DNA of 57,138 nucleotides, the filler included, from Catajapyx aquilonaris (taxonomy: Eukaryota): the NCBI GenBank assembly GCA_000934665.2. It is 3 parts of 3 records of this genome, joined end to end, with 100 filler letters (N's around TTAATTAATTAA, not from the genome) between each part and the next. Parts side by side here need not be neighbours in the genome. Positions count along the whole stretch, not along the records: positions 1 to 18,963 come from KZ539558.1; 2 more parts are not named here. One strand, 5' to 3'. Made by a program: the position numbers and the translations under genes. Each line of letters begins with the position of its first letter. Position 1 is the stretch's first letter. The notes below the pieces were generated by a model that was given only the letters and a program-made list of their open reading frames with translations, made no database searches and was not told the origin of the DNA. Shown piece after piece: positions 1 through 12,811 of the stretch.

Positions 1-456
1 ATTCCCAAAACTCCAACATTTGTATTAGGACCTCCTTATTAAAAAGATTTGGGCAGAGGAAACACTCCTTAACCTCCCGTGCTATCTGTGACATCATGGG
101 AATTGGCAGCAAAATAATCTGATACCATCTGTGGTACAATATGGGACCTTCCAGTGTACTTCTCCCTGGGTAATCAGCAGCCATAAGGCTATCACCCACT
201 CACATCACTCAATACCTAAACCCCTGGGCAGAGGTGGACTGAGAGAATGCACGACTAGGGATGGTCCACATGCAGTTGGCCCCAGGGAATAAGGATGGGC
301 CTTTGGCCCTGGTGAAGTGAAAGAGGAGGATGGGCCAGAATGATACAATAATATAAAACATCTAATCAGTCATGTCATGACAGATGTGGGCCCGAATGAA
401 GTAAGGCCATACTGCTAGTTTGACACTCAATTCACTAGAAAGAGAAGGCAACTTAC

Positions 457-702
457 ATCCACAAGTAGGTCATAGTCTGAGCCATCAAGAAGGTGGACCT
501 TGGCCATAGCAGTCTTTCCCCTTGACACCTTCTTCTTGGAAGGTGAAGGTGTACTTGCACTGGCATCCAGGTTGGCTCCAGTCTGACCATGTGTGCTGGG
601 TGGTACAGGTGTGCCTGTAGCTTTTGGACTGGGCTTTGGACTGGCTTCTGTTGGTCCATTCTCCACTGCTTCTTCTCCACCCCCTTCCTTGCCTTCAGGC
701 AT
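457..702 (-). CDS. cora: First coding exon of coracle / protein 4.1 (FERM-domain N-terminus); the gene continues beyond the left edge of the window
   Basis: Translation MPEGKEGG...KKKVSRGKTAMAKVHLLDGSDYDLLVD resembles the recalled Drosophila Coracle N-terminus (GKPALARVTLLDGSLLDVSID). Acceptor ttgcag| precedes 721 and a phase-0 donor |gtaagt follows 457, at the usual 4.1-family intron position. ATG at 702-700. Confidence 0.88.
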
Positions 703-1585
703 CTTGGCTGCTTTACCCACTCTGCAACCAAAATGTTGGACGTGACAATCAATTTATGCACAAAGAATGCTTACATTTGACCCCCCAAATATAAAGGTGA
801 CCCATGGCCTACATTAAGCAAATAACATGACCAGACTTTATTCTAGAATACATTGGATGCAAAGATTAGACATGGTCTGAAAATGTTACAAAAGCATTCT
901 CATATGATATACAGTACATGATGAAATAGGGAGTCGAAATGAAACAGCACTACTGGTAAATGAACAATACCTGCACTCCATCCCAAACACGAGCTCTTTT
1001 CTCAACTAAATCAGAGTTTTCAAAACTTGCCAGGTAAAGTATTCATCCCAGGATTGCTTTTGTTGCTGCTCCCCCTAATTATTAATTTTTAGTGGAGATC
1101 AAAATTAATAACATCAGAAGCAAAAGTAAAACTCAGTTTTACCCTGATCATCAAAAACGATTGTGATCATTTCAACACTGAAGTGTATGCATATCACCCT
1201 TGCAACAGAAAATCCTCACTTGTAAAATACACATTAGACAGATTCTCACAAGTGGCCTTTGGCAAGGAAATTCTTGGCCAGCTGAGAAACATCACCAGCA
1301 TTATAGCATTATGTCCCCCACCCCTCCATCATCACTACAAGTAGTTTGGGGAGAAGGAGGGAGGGAGGAGGAGGGAGGGAAAGGGGGGGGGGNNNNNNNN
1401 NNAAGGGGGGGGGGGGGTGAGAGAGAGAGATTGACAAGCAAGGAGGCCTCATACTGAACATGTGCTAGCCAACCTACTGGGCAGTCTTGCATTCTCCCAT
1501 GTTGGGACAGTAAACTTCTGGGCCAAAGGTTGCCCATGTGAATGCATTTTCACAATGTACAGAGTGGATTCTTTTCAAAACTCTA

Positions 1586-1902
1586 CAGTAAAACCAAGGA
1601 CTAGAAATAATAAGGACTGGTCACTCCCCTTCTTATCGCATTGGGAGGCTAACAAGGAGGTAATGCAGTACGGAACCACAGGCAGAGCCCTCTAAGTACA
1701 CATGATGCGCCTTTTGATGTTATATGTGGGATAAGTTTCTCTAAGGACCAGGGAAACCGATCAGTAGCCCTATACGCTGGAAAATTCTATAAGTGGGAAA
1801 ATTACCATTGGCCCTTATGGGGCTGATCAAAGGACAGGGAAAAAAAGGGTGCTAAAAGCAGGATAGCATTATATGCAGGAGCATTATATCAAGGTTTTAC
1901 TG
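1586..1902. mobile_element. pogo/Tigger-type MITE
   Basis: ta|CAGTAAAACC...GGTTTTACTG|tg terminal inverted repeats (TIRs); right TA target-site duplication (TSD) mutated. Confidence 0.6.
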
Positions 1903-3941
1903 TGTATTATGTTCAGTCAATTTCAAATTGAAGTGGTAACACAATCAGTGTCTATTTTATCTACAAAGTTGAAAAGTACAAGACCATTCTGAAAAGCAGT
2001 ACCTGTAGCTATATATCAGACACAACGTGGTTAAGTTCCTCAAACTCCACTTGGAATAAACTCCACACGTAGTAAATTGATCAAACCTTACTAGGGTTCT
2101 GATTATTTACTACATTGCCATAGACACGACAATGACAGCTAAAGCAAGTGGTGTTCATGACAACATAATCAATTTGACCAGCATGGTTGTGAAGCTTGAA
2201 TCTTTCAATAAATCATGACCTCTGCACTGACAAAAATGTCACCTTCAGTCAAATTGTTAAAATCTTGCAGGTCTAGCCTTATACCTAAATTTGCCATTGT
2301 TAATAATTATTGCTGAAAATTAGTGACTTCGGAAACCCCAAGATTCAAGTCTACAGCTTCAATGGCGCAAGCTGCTTAGGAAAGTGAAAAAATACCTGCT
2401 CACATCATGCCATAAATTCTATTAGCTATAGATCGGTCAACATATGAACACAACAGAGTGTGCATCGCCGTGGCACACAGGATGCAATACTGGAATCATA
2501 AGTGATCTGTATGGCCATTCCAGTGTCAGAAATAAACTGTGTAACCTACAACAAATCATATCGTGCTTACGCACAGATCACTTCTCATTTCAGGATTGCA
2601 CCCTGTGCGCCACACTCAGTTGCGTTCTTATGTTGACCGATCTATATGACCTATGACAGCTGCTCAAAAATACTGATGCCAATTGTCAGCAGCATTTGTC
2701 AATGTCCTTGTATGCATGTGTCCGGTTCTGTTCAAGATCTAAAAATAAGTAAATGATATCATGTGTGTTATCATTTAAGATTAAATTGAAAGCTCAAATA
2801 GGTGAGATGGAACAATATGAACTAAGCCAGCATAAGGAACATCATGCAGAAGTACACCTTAAAATTGTACAGTCCATCAGCAAGTAGATATTAAACTAAC
2901 CTCATATGATGAATAAGATAATCATTAGTTCATGTCACTAGATTCACTGAGGTCTTTTTAAAGAAACCATATTAGCACTGAGTACACTTTGTATAAGTTT
3001 AAAAATCCACCTCCCAGTCAATTCAAGTTTAATAACGTCACTAATATAAATTTGCTTCAATATATGACAAGTACTGCACATTTTGTCTTGTCTGACATGA
3101 ACTGGTCAACATTGGATAACATCATACGTCATTCTCACTTCACACCACAAGTGACTGTCCAAGACTGACTAATGTATGCTTCCTTAAGCCAGCTTATTTG
3201 TCTGACTCAACTCCAGGCCAGTGTACAGTATACCTATCTCCCATGATGAACCGAAGTGGAGAGTCAAGTGCATGCATGCTATTTCTGACCTAACAAAAAC
3301 AGCCACAAGTAGCATTCTCATCCCTTGTCTGACCTTCTAGCAGCATATGCTCAGTAACCTCCTTCAATTTCAGTGCCATTTTCATTATGAGATGTGGTCT
3401 GTGTAATTATGAATGCCAACAAATTGGCCTTCTTGACCAGTGGGTAAAGCACTGTAACCATCATCTAGCACTGAACACTTGGTTGGTTAATAAACTGAAC
3501 ACACAATTGGTTCATTAGGTGCTTTGACACTAACAGCCAGATGCTCTTGAGATAGGTTGGGACGATGTGCATGCTCAACTCCACCATAGTGGGAAGTGAG
3601 CCAGAGACATGCCCACACCATCATGATCAAGCATGTTTGCCCTACTAGTGTAACTGCACCAATGTTCTCCTTCTGATCAAAATGTCAGATTGAATACAGA
3701 TGGTTATATGTTACTCGTTTAGTTTTACATAATTTTACCATAATTTCATCACATTTTTGCCATCATAAATTCACTCTTCAACCATCCCTAACTTGTTTAC
3801 TTATTGCTCATGAAAATTTAAAGGATGAGTTTTGTAGTGGGTTGCTCGCACTTAATTAACTCGGTTCATGTTGTTTCTTATTCATTGCTACACTTGCACA
3901 TGTTTTCACTTTCAGATGGATGGTAGTTGCTCTATTGTTCT

Positions 3942-4217
3942 TGTCTTCAATAAGGTCTGGGGACGGAAACAGGTGTGTTACTGTAACTCTGGGGACGTTG
4001 ACCCAATTGTGGGGACATTTTCGGTCCCCACAGCTTGACCCACGAGAATATCACCGTTACAGTGGGGACATGTCCCCACTATTTCGTTTTGCAGGGTTTC
4101 ACAAAAGTCCATTTCTCTCAGCCTAGGTTTAGGGTAGGGTAGGGTAGGTTAGGTTAGTTTAGTTTACACTCGCTACGAAAAGTTCAGTTTCCACGTCCCC
4201 ACACCTTAGTGAAGACA
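3942..4217. mobile_element. Non-autonomous TIR element with an internal (TAGGG/TAGGT)n tract
   Basis: tgtcttcaataaggtctggggacg ... cgtccccacaccttagtgaagaca inverted termini; repeated tggggac motifs inside. Confidence 0.55.
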
Positions 4218-4596
4218 GGTGTGGGTGTTTCTAGGCGTGTGTAATATTCACACAATTAGTCAATACTACATGGGAGAATGTTTTCCAGGCGCGCGAACCT
4301 CATTAATTCTATGTAGCACTTAATTCAAATTAAACAGTCAATAATGCTACATTTCGGCTGGGAAGGCAGAGTGGCACACTGGTAATGCTTGTGTCCACAT
4401 ATAGAAAGGTCCCAACTTCAATCGCAAGCCTGGGCTTCCCTTTCTCATCTCATGTGGAGTTTCTTTGTTTCCAGCTTCATCTCAGGTAGGATTTCCAGTA
4501 CATTGCCCCCCAGGGTAATGCACAAAATTACATCGCACTTGCACCTGCAACTTCTTCTCCCCTCTCTGTAACCCTCCCTTGCTTGCAGTACCAGCA

Positions 4597-4702
4597 ATTA
4601 CTATCATTATCATTACTATTATTATCATTATCATTACTATTATTATCATTATCCTTACTATTATTATTATTATCATTATCATTACTATTATTATTATTAT
4701 TA
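4597..4702. repeat. (ATT/ATC/ACT)n trinucleotide microsatellite
   Basis: Visible directly; it explains the poly-Ile and poly-Leu ORFs here. Confidence 0.95.
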
Positions 4703-6301
4703 ATGCTACATGTGTTGGGGAGGCAAAGTGGTGCAACAACAACCGCCAGGCAGAAAATGTATCATGCTTTATCCTCAGCCCAGCATATGCTCGCTCATAT
4801 CTGCCGAGTTGAGGAAACTCCAGCTTTAGCGTTCAGGTGAACAGGACCAATCCAGGATTATTATCAAAAGAAAATGTGTACACAAACCCAATTATTAAGG
4901 CAGGACGTTTCACCTGCACTTCACATCAGTAACTAAAATTATGTAGGGGAGACGAAGTGGTGCTGTGGTAACGTACCCTTCTTTGGCCATTTTAAATATT
5001 AAAAATTGCAAACCATGTGTGTGGGCATGGAGAGGGTCCATTGAATAACTTTGATGACACTCTGTAATGCTTTAGAAATTCGTGATTTGTTTCATGTCAT
5101 ACATAACTGGCCATTTTTCTTAATCATCATTTCAAAAATAACTCCGTCCGATACAATATGCATGTCCTATGCTCAACCAGGGTCAACACATGACCTGACA
5201 ATGATTTCCGCAGCACTAGCACAAGAACAGGTCCACAGCACCAGTAAACAGCATCCTTCCCTTATGCTTGACCCATGTTTTCCTGCTCCTTCTTGCCACA
5301 AGTGTCATGGTGCCCTTGCGGCATGATCGATACTAGAGCAACGCCAATCTAGGAAGTATAGTATTCCGATATCTATGGTTAAAACTAAGAAGACTCATTT
5401 TACTACCACTCTTTATTACAGCATAACCATTCCCTCCATGTACACAAATATTTACATATTTCCATCCAAAACCAGAGGCAATTAAATGCAACCTTCTGTT
5501 ATCAAGCCCAAGGCCAAGAACGGTAGCAATGACGTCACTAAATATAAAGCAACATGAGTCATCAGTCACATAGGTAGTTCCTAAGTTACATAACTAGTTC
5601 ATATCCCTTAGCATATGATGACTTTATTTATAAATGTAGCATGGGCGATTCCCAGCAGATGCAAGCTGATAACTAATAATTTCATCAAATTTCTCGCCTA
5701 AAGCTGCATGTAAATGAAAACAACAGAGGTTCCATGTGCGTACCTCCCCAAGATGGCTGTTTTTACATTGGCTAATTAATTTTTTATTCTAAATTGGCAA
5801 GAAAGTAATAATTATATTAAAGTAATACCACCTTACCATATGGAAGACAAAATAACGCTCCCAAATATTTTTTATCTACTAAATGAATGCAAAATAAATT
5901 GCCTTCTTACAAGATGATGGGGTTTAGTGAAATTTTCATATTGACCTGCCTTTCTTTATTAACCCAGATATTCTGAGCGTCTCCTATAGGGGACACCTGC
6001 ACAGTTTATACATTTTAATTTTTTTGCGCAGGTTCTTCTGCTGCTAAGGAGCTGGCAGTAGTCACGTGTGCTTCAATAGTGTCCTAGGTAACAACAAGTT
6101 CAAACCTGCTCAATACTGCTTCAAATTTTTAAAAAACAGGTGTTTGAATTTTAACGCAGGAAGTAATGGATGTACCTTCATGTTCCGAATATGATAAGTA
6201 ATTAATTCTCGAATAATGATTAGTGTTACTAGTGTTATGAGTAATTTTTACAATACCTACATTTCATCCATTAATAATTTAATAACTAATTTAATAATAT
6301 T

Positions 6302-6656
6302 ATAATAATAATCCTTGGGTAGTGCATAGTGCCTGACCCTATATAGGGTATGCGGCACGGACCTGTATTATACTTGAAGTGCAATGCAGTACAATGCTGG
6401 AACCTTGAGCGAATCGCCCGGGCCCACGGGCAGGATGACAGGAGGGGATGTGCAAGGTGCAGTGCAATGTCTTAAACGTGGCCATTTTTAGTGAACTCCC
6501 CCGGGTGGTTTAGTCTGTTGGAAAACCACCTGAGACGAAGCCAGAGGTGACCCTGAACTCTGCACGAGATGAAGGGGGTGTCCCCGGGCTGGGATCGAAC
6601 CCGGGACCTGAACATCCGTGGGCGCATACGTTACCGCAGCACCACTCCACCTCCCC
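6302..6656 (-). mobile_element. tRNA-derived SINE
   Basis: Minus-strand head GGGGAGGTGGAGTGGTGCTGCGGTAACG...GGTTCGATCCC (A and B boxes), ATT-type tail, flanking direct repeat taatttaataatatt. Confidence 0.75.
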
Positions 6657-6860
6657 TAATTTAATAATATTAATATCAACAATAATTTAATATTAATATC
6701 AACACTAATTTAATAATATTAATATCAACACTAATTTAATAATATTAACATCAACAATAATTTAATAATATTAACATCAACAATAATTTAATAATATTAT
6801 AATCATGTAATTATATTATTAATAACATTTCAATAACATCAATAATTTAATAATAACATC
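6657..6860. repeat. AT-rich minisatellite (~26-bp unit aataatttaataatattaacatcaac)
   Basis: About 5 tandem copies visible, decaying rightwards. Confidence 0.85.
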
Positions 6861-7375
6861 ACGACATTTCCCTATAAGGGGTAGTCAGTGAAGAAGGGAG
6901 ACACAAGTTAACCCCACATGTGAACTAAATTAAAACTTATAAAAATAAAACTATAAACTACCCCCCCCCCCTCCTCCCCCAACCCTGCCCATCTCCGACG
7001 ATGGATAGGATGGCAGGTACCCCAAGCCACCATATGCTGGCCACCAGGATCCTGTCCGGCCACTCCGACACCCTGGCCGCCAGTCGACTTCCCTCCCTCC
7101 CTAAGTTAAGGCAGGCCCTACTCCTCCGCGTACCAAGCGTTGGGGGCTCTCCTCGCCTGCCCGATCCCGTGCCCGCTGGGTATGAGTATTTGTCTGCGTG
7201 AATGATCCTGTCATCTCCTGTGTACCTCCATCCTCCTTTATTACTCACCCCCATTAAATTAACCTACACCATTTACACCTATCTAAACAAACAACCTTAG
7301 CCTCAGCCACGTCCATGGTCCTCTTGACACATGAACATCAAGGCTTAGCACTAGCAAACACCCTTATATGCTTAA

Positions 7376-7522
7376 GGGCCGTTTTCTCGAACAGTGGTTC
7401 AAATGTAAACCGGGTTCAAAGCCGGTTTAAACCCTTGACAACAGCCTAACAACAATCAAATCAGGGATTAAACTGGCTTTGAACCCGGTTTACATTTGAA
7501 CCACTGTTCGAGAAAATGGCCC
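7376..7522. mobile_element. PIF/Harbinger (Tourist-like) palindromic MITE
   Basis: TAA|GGGCCGTTTTCTCGAACAG...CTGTTCGAGAAAATGGCCC|TAA, arms of ~60 bp. Confidence 0.85.
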
Positions 7523-7905
7523 TAAGACACTGACCCACCTGTTCCAATAATTCAATAATAACAATAATTTAATAATAATAATCCCCATCTCGGGCTGTCA
7601 CTTTCACCTCCTGCAATACCTTTACACAGACCTTTATTTTCCTGTGTTTAATTTTTAGAATCCCTTAACAAAACACCCCACAGGTAGAGAAGGACGTGTG
7701 AGAGGTAAGGTGCAAGTGCTATATCTCATGTGGTCATCTTGTGAGTTCCCCTGGGTGGTTAGCCTGAAGAAATCCCACCCGAGACGAAGCCAGAGACAAC
7801 CCAACTCCTCAGGCGTAGAGCAGGGGGGAAGACTCAGCCTTGCAATTGAACCATCCATGGGCTGTACCAGCCCACGGACACTACCCCTACATTCTGGGCT
7901 TATCA

Positions 7906-8638
7906 CCTGCCGAGGGGTTTTGCAGCGGGTGCTCACCTGAGACCGCCATGAGACATTTCCCAGAGCTATCATGTGGCGATCCTACCGGACTATAGGCTGA
8001 ACTTTATAGGTAGAAAAGGGAAGCGCTATAGTCCCTGGCGGGTTAACTTGGCAGTCCCCCCACCCAACACTCCCAGCCAATGGCGTGCCTGGATTGGGAT
8101 GGGGGGTAATGGGGGAGTCGAGGTGGAGCTGAGGTGGAGTGGGGATGAGTGACATTCACCGGAACATCCGCAGGATCAGTCGCCGGATGCTTCGCCGGAA
8201 GCAAGGCCGGATGCTTTAAACCATGTGTACAAATTGTCATTAAAGGTTTGCTTTAAGATGTGCTTTGCAACAATTCACATTATCAATATTTCCAAGTTTA
8301 ATTGTCATCACAGTAGTCCTTAAGAGGTCAGCGTGGCGGACGGTGGCGGAGGGATGTGACGTAAAGGCAGCGGGAGGTAGGGGGTAGAGGAGGTAGGGAG
8401 CGGCGGGGGGCAAGTGGGGGGCGTTGCCAGAAACCCCCACCCTCCCACGTTAGGAGGGAGTCTACTATACATGTGGGCCCAACATGGCCGCCGCCGGCCG
8501 TGTTGGGCCCACATGTAGCGCTTCCCTTTTCTACCTATAAAGTTCAGCCTATAGTCCGGTAGGGTCGCCACATGATAGCTCTGGGAAATGTCTCATGGCG
8601 GTCTCAGGTGAGCACCCGCTGCAAAACCCCTCGGCAGG
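7906..8638. mobile_element. Unclassified GC-rich element with near-perfect 123-bp terminal inverted repeats
   Basis: 7906-8028 is the reverse complement of 8516-8638 with one mismatch seen; no clear TSD. Confidence 0.8.
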
Positions 8639-9267
8639 GGGTGGGTGGGGAGTGACCTAACCTGAGTCTTCTATAACCATGCGCTGTACATTACCTGACA
8701 TTACATTAACCTGACACTAGTACACTACTGGAAAAAAAACTGCGAACCCAAGCAGTACCAAATGCAGGTGGAGGTGGAAGAATACCTGAATCGACCTGGC
8801 AACCTGTTTCCATGAAGGCATGTGCTACCTGAGCCTGCATTTGGTGCTGCTCGTAACCCCTGCAGGAGTGGGTTTTTTTCCAGAAGTGTACATCCACACT
8901 TACAATGAATACCACCATGCTATTCCACTATTCTAATCATTGCAGATACTTTACATAGCCATAGAAATTATGTGTTCAAAAGTAACTACTTAAAAATTAG
9001 CAACTTAGAGCTAATAAATTGCTAATCACTATGGACATGTACTGTGCTCACAATAATTACTAATTTTCAACAAAACATACCAGTGCTGTCATAATCAAAT
9101 CCCACTACATTACTTATTTTACAGAAAGGGATTTAAAAAACTTCCGGCAATTTACATTGAGTATTATTGGCATGGAAATAGTCCAGACACAAAGTTGGCG
9201 GTAGGCTTACCATTGACAAGTATCCAGACTCCATCAGGACCATTTCCTTGCCGATAGTACATGTATA

Positions 9268-9475
9268 CAAGGTGGTCCAACATCAAGTGTCGTTTTATAA
9301 CGGCAATTAATAGCAGTGATTTTGCGTTGACGTAGCAGCGACGCGTAAAATGTCCCCCTTCGGCGCATCTTCGGCGCCATCGAAGTGGGCAATTTTACAC
9401 GTCGCTGCTACGTCAATCGTAAAGCGCTTCTATTAATAGCGGTTATAAAACGACACTTGATGTAGGACCACCCTG
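9268..9475. mobile_element. Tc1/mariner-type palindromic MITE
   Basis: TA|CAAGGTGGTCCAACATCAAGTGTCG...CGACACTTGATGTAGGACCACCCTG|TA; arms cover almost the whole element. Confidence 0.85.
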
Positions 9476-10155
9476 TATATCATTATCACTGGCCATACAA
9501 ACCTACAATTTTATTGTAATTGACACAGATTTCTTGAAAACACTGTGGAAGTATGAGAATTGTTGGCAGTTGCCAATTTTAAAAAGTATTTAAAAAATAA
9601 TTTTAAAAACAATCTTGCTGCAATGACAGTCGAAACAGTGCCAATGAGTAACCCATGTGAGTCCATAAGATTTCAAACGAATTGATTTTCACACGAGACA
9701 CTGAGTTCTCCACAGTTTGACATGTGCAACATCTTGAAAACTCACGGTTGATTGGAATGTCGTACAGACACACCCTTTGGTTTCTTCATTTGCGTTTGAG
9801 GGCATCAAACAGTGCACTCCAATTTTAGGAACCCAACTGCAATGTGTTGGTAAGGCAACCCACTGTGGCTGGGTCGCTGTGGCTGAACCCAATACAACAG
9901 CACCCATAAAATCCACTCGCAGTAACCACACACACGCACACATTCTTATCAACCCATTAAACAGACCACGTCAGCTACCAGCAAGACAAGTGTACGGCCA
10001 GTCAAACCCCCATAACACCCACCACTTTATCACTGCAAGTTTCATGGACCAGGGTGTGGTTAACTTCCTGGCAAGTGTCAACGTAACCTAACAGGGAGTG
10101 GTTCACAGGCCTAGAATGGAATGACACTTTGCAACAAGTAGGTCGAGCCACTTAC

Positions 10156-10470
10156 CAACGTGTCAGCCGGCCAGTACTGGTCCCTAGCAGCTCTCCCGAC
10201 TCGAACGGAGCCCACAATCCACACACGACGGCCGGCAGGTCTGTATTTAAGTGCGGCGCTGCCCGCCGTGCCCTACTCTGCCTTCGAACTGATCCTTCCT
10301 GCCCTGCCCTTCTGACGATTCCGACGGGTGATGATGCTGCTGCTGCTACTGCCTCGCCCCTACACGTTGCCAGAACAACGCAGGTGAGCGGAGGGAAAAG
10401 ACGAAACGTGGGTCACACTGCTCTGCACCTGTACACCCTGCATACAGGACTCTGCCGACACGAAAAGTAG
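10156..10470 (-). other. cora: Probable non-coding first exon (5' UTR) of coracle
   Basis: GC/CpG-rich island ending in a strong minus-strand donor (cgttg|gtaagt at 10156), upstream of the coding exon. The 5' boundary is approximate. Confidence 0.5.
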
Positions 10471-10680
10471 TGCGCGCTCAACGCCCATTCGGCCAATCGC
10501 AATGCAGGCTAGGGGCTGGGTTGGCCCTTGCTCTCTCACTGCCCCTGCCCCATGCTCACCGCCCCGGAGATGTGACGCGGGAAGATTAGAAGAGGCACGC
10601 CCTAAACTGGGGTCAGGCATGAGCCGTAATATTTCACCGGGCTAGGAAGTGTTGAGAGAGCTCAATAGATGGCAGGAGGA
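10470..10680. promoter_or_regulatory. Putative coracle promoter region with a CCAAT box and a CTCF-like site
   Basis: CpG-rich; ggCCAATcg near 10493; CAATAGATGGCAG at 10663-10675 resembles the CTCF core. Confidence 0.4.
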
Positions 10681-12029
10681 TACAGTGGCATGTATTTACG
10701 GCGGCGACGGCGTATTATATGCAATGTATATGATGGGTTGGGACAATTCAAGCGGGTAGGATAGGATGTTGTCACGGCCAGAGTATGTGGACCGTATGGA
10801 CAGTGTCGTGTCGTCATATCGCGTCAGACATTTCTACCGCGATGTTTCAAATTTGTTCCACCTTTCATTATTAGTATATGCATTGGTATATGTCTTGTCT
10901 GGTTTCAGATTGTAGTAGCCTCGGTAAGCCACATCATTGTTGACACAGTTTGGACACAGTTGAAAAGCAAAGTTGGACTATATGATGCATCTGACTGCTT
11001 CCCCCATTGACTGAATAAGAGATGCTGATATGTGGCCTATATTTTTCTACATTTGTATGTTATACTATAGTATTAACCTGTATTAGCCTATTGTTAAAGT
11101 TCCCATAATTGAATTGCATAATAAATTATTCCTGACTCCATAAATGCTTTCCCTGCTGTTCCATATAAACAACAGCCCTAACCCTGTTACGAAATAAAAT
11201 TTAATACTCTCGTTTGGTTTTGGGTGGAATTTATTTTGCTCATTTAGGGAGGAATCAATGAAAAAAAAAACACACACACACATGCTGGTGTATGGTTGTT
11301 ATTCAAGGATAAGGGGCGAGAGCTATACTTCAAAGTCTCCACCTCAGACGCCAGTTTCGCTGACAATGCAGCTATGATACGTACACTACCTTACAGTAAG
11401 TTATAAGATTATTCAGCTAGGCATGGTAAGAGGAGGATTGCTCATGCGATTTTATTTATAAATGATCTAAAACAATCAAAAATTTTTGGAACCTACACCT
11501 GGATCTGGTGGCCCTCTCAGACATCGTTTGACTGAAAGCCTTCAAAAAAGGAGCCCACCATAGATTCAGAAACACTTCCATCAGCTACTTTCTTCCCTGC
11601 CCACCTGTTGGCAGTGCATAGGCAGCCTCTGTTACCTTGGTCATGGATCAATTATCTATCACTTTGAGGGTTCATCCCATTGTAACTGTGCACAGTTAAT
11701 AACAAATATATTTAAAACTAATAATAGTCCTGTTACAATGAAATTTTGGTCGGAAATATTGAACAGGTTTGGAAAAAGCCCTCCATGACAGAATTAGGCG
11801 GCCAACATCAACAGTTTCTACAAGTCCTTGGCGTGGCACTTAACTGAAGACATTGAGTCCAAAGAACCTTATATTAGCTTGTATATATTTCTTCTTGATA
11901 TTATCACATCCAGAAAGGACCATTTGGATAAGAATGCATGAAAATGTATAGGGAGTGACCAAGACATGAAAAACTTAAATTGGTAGTGAGAGTGCTCAAC
12001 ATTGGCTTACAAAATCTGGTACCACAGTA

Positions 12030-12811
12030 CAGGAAGTCCCTGGTTTACGAACGACCAGACTTACAGCGATCCATACTTACGAACGGGCTCCCATGGCTCC
12101 CCTTAACTACATAGGTGGGTGAAACACCTCTAACTACGTAGGTGGAGCCTGAGAGGCTCCAACAGTATATTTAAATTTCTGCTTATCAACTAAATTGTTA
12201 TATCGGACTTTTCACATACAGAAAGTGCAGTTCAGATCATTAGGCTTCCGAAAACGTAAAAATCACACGCTGAGTCAGCATATTCCGACAGGGAAAAATT
12301 CTTAATTAAAAGGTTACATCATGTGTTTGAGCCGCTCAGGATTCACCTGAGATATAGAGCCTGAGCGGTTCCAGGAGGGACCTGTTCCTCGTTGCGAATT
12401 TTTTTAAACCAAAGAATAGGGACTAAAAAAAATTTCTATCCTTTTCATGCTTAGGAAGGTTTTTCTGACAAAGTCACGGAAGGACAGGGGAAAATAAAGT
12501 TCAATGAAAAAGTTGCATGCGTTTAAATAGTGCTTGGAGCCTCTCAGGCTCCACCTACGTAGTTAAGGGTTAAGGAAGATTTATAATTATCCTCCACTTT
12601 CAATCACTTCTGCTTACACTGACCAACACCTAGTTCAACATAAATACTGTATAATTAATAAATAATTGGGGAACTACGTTCTTCCTCACATGTAAACAAA
12701 CATGCATGACATAAGCGGTTCATTGGAGCTGTTCCTGAGGGAGTTACATACAAATCCCACTTATGGACATTTTCAGGAACATTACCCCGTTCATAGACCG
12801 GGGACTTCCTG
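12030..12811. mobile_element. pogo/Tigger-type MITE hosting a nested element
   Basis: TA|CAGGAAGTCCCTGGTTTACGAACG...CGTTCATAGACCGGGGACTTCCTG|TA. Confidence 0.8.
12100..12569. mobile_element. piggyBac-like MITE nested in the Tigger-type MITE
   Basis: Right end ...GGAGCCTCTCAGGCTCCACCTACGTAGTTAAGGG|TTAA. The left end CCCTTAACTAC(A)TAGGTGG is present twice; left TTAA not seen. Confidence 0.65.

Noticed and set aside
4482..4840. Poly-Ile/Leu ORFs (and poly-Val/Ser/Leu ORFs at 49155-49461)
   Set aside because: Translations of microsatellites.
4895..4935. Hammerhead-like core on the minus strand (CTGATG...GAAACGTC) near a Penelope-like peptide ending (ILSPAY)
   Set aside because: The core lacks the conserved A of CUGAnGA, stems I and II do not pair, and it is on the opposite strand from the peptide.
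4944..5988. Possible TIR element (taggggagacg...cgtctcctata)
   Set aside because: The inverted match is too short and imperfect to call.
6657..6860. Regularly spaced repeats suggestive of a CRISPR-like array
   Set aside because: Simple head-to-tail AT-rich minisatellite without unique spacers, in a eukaryotic context.
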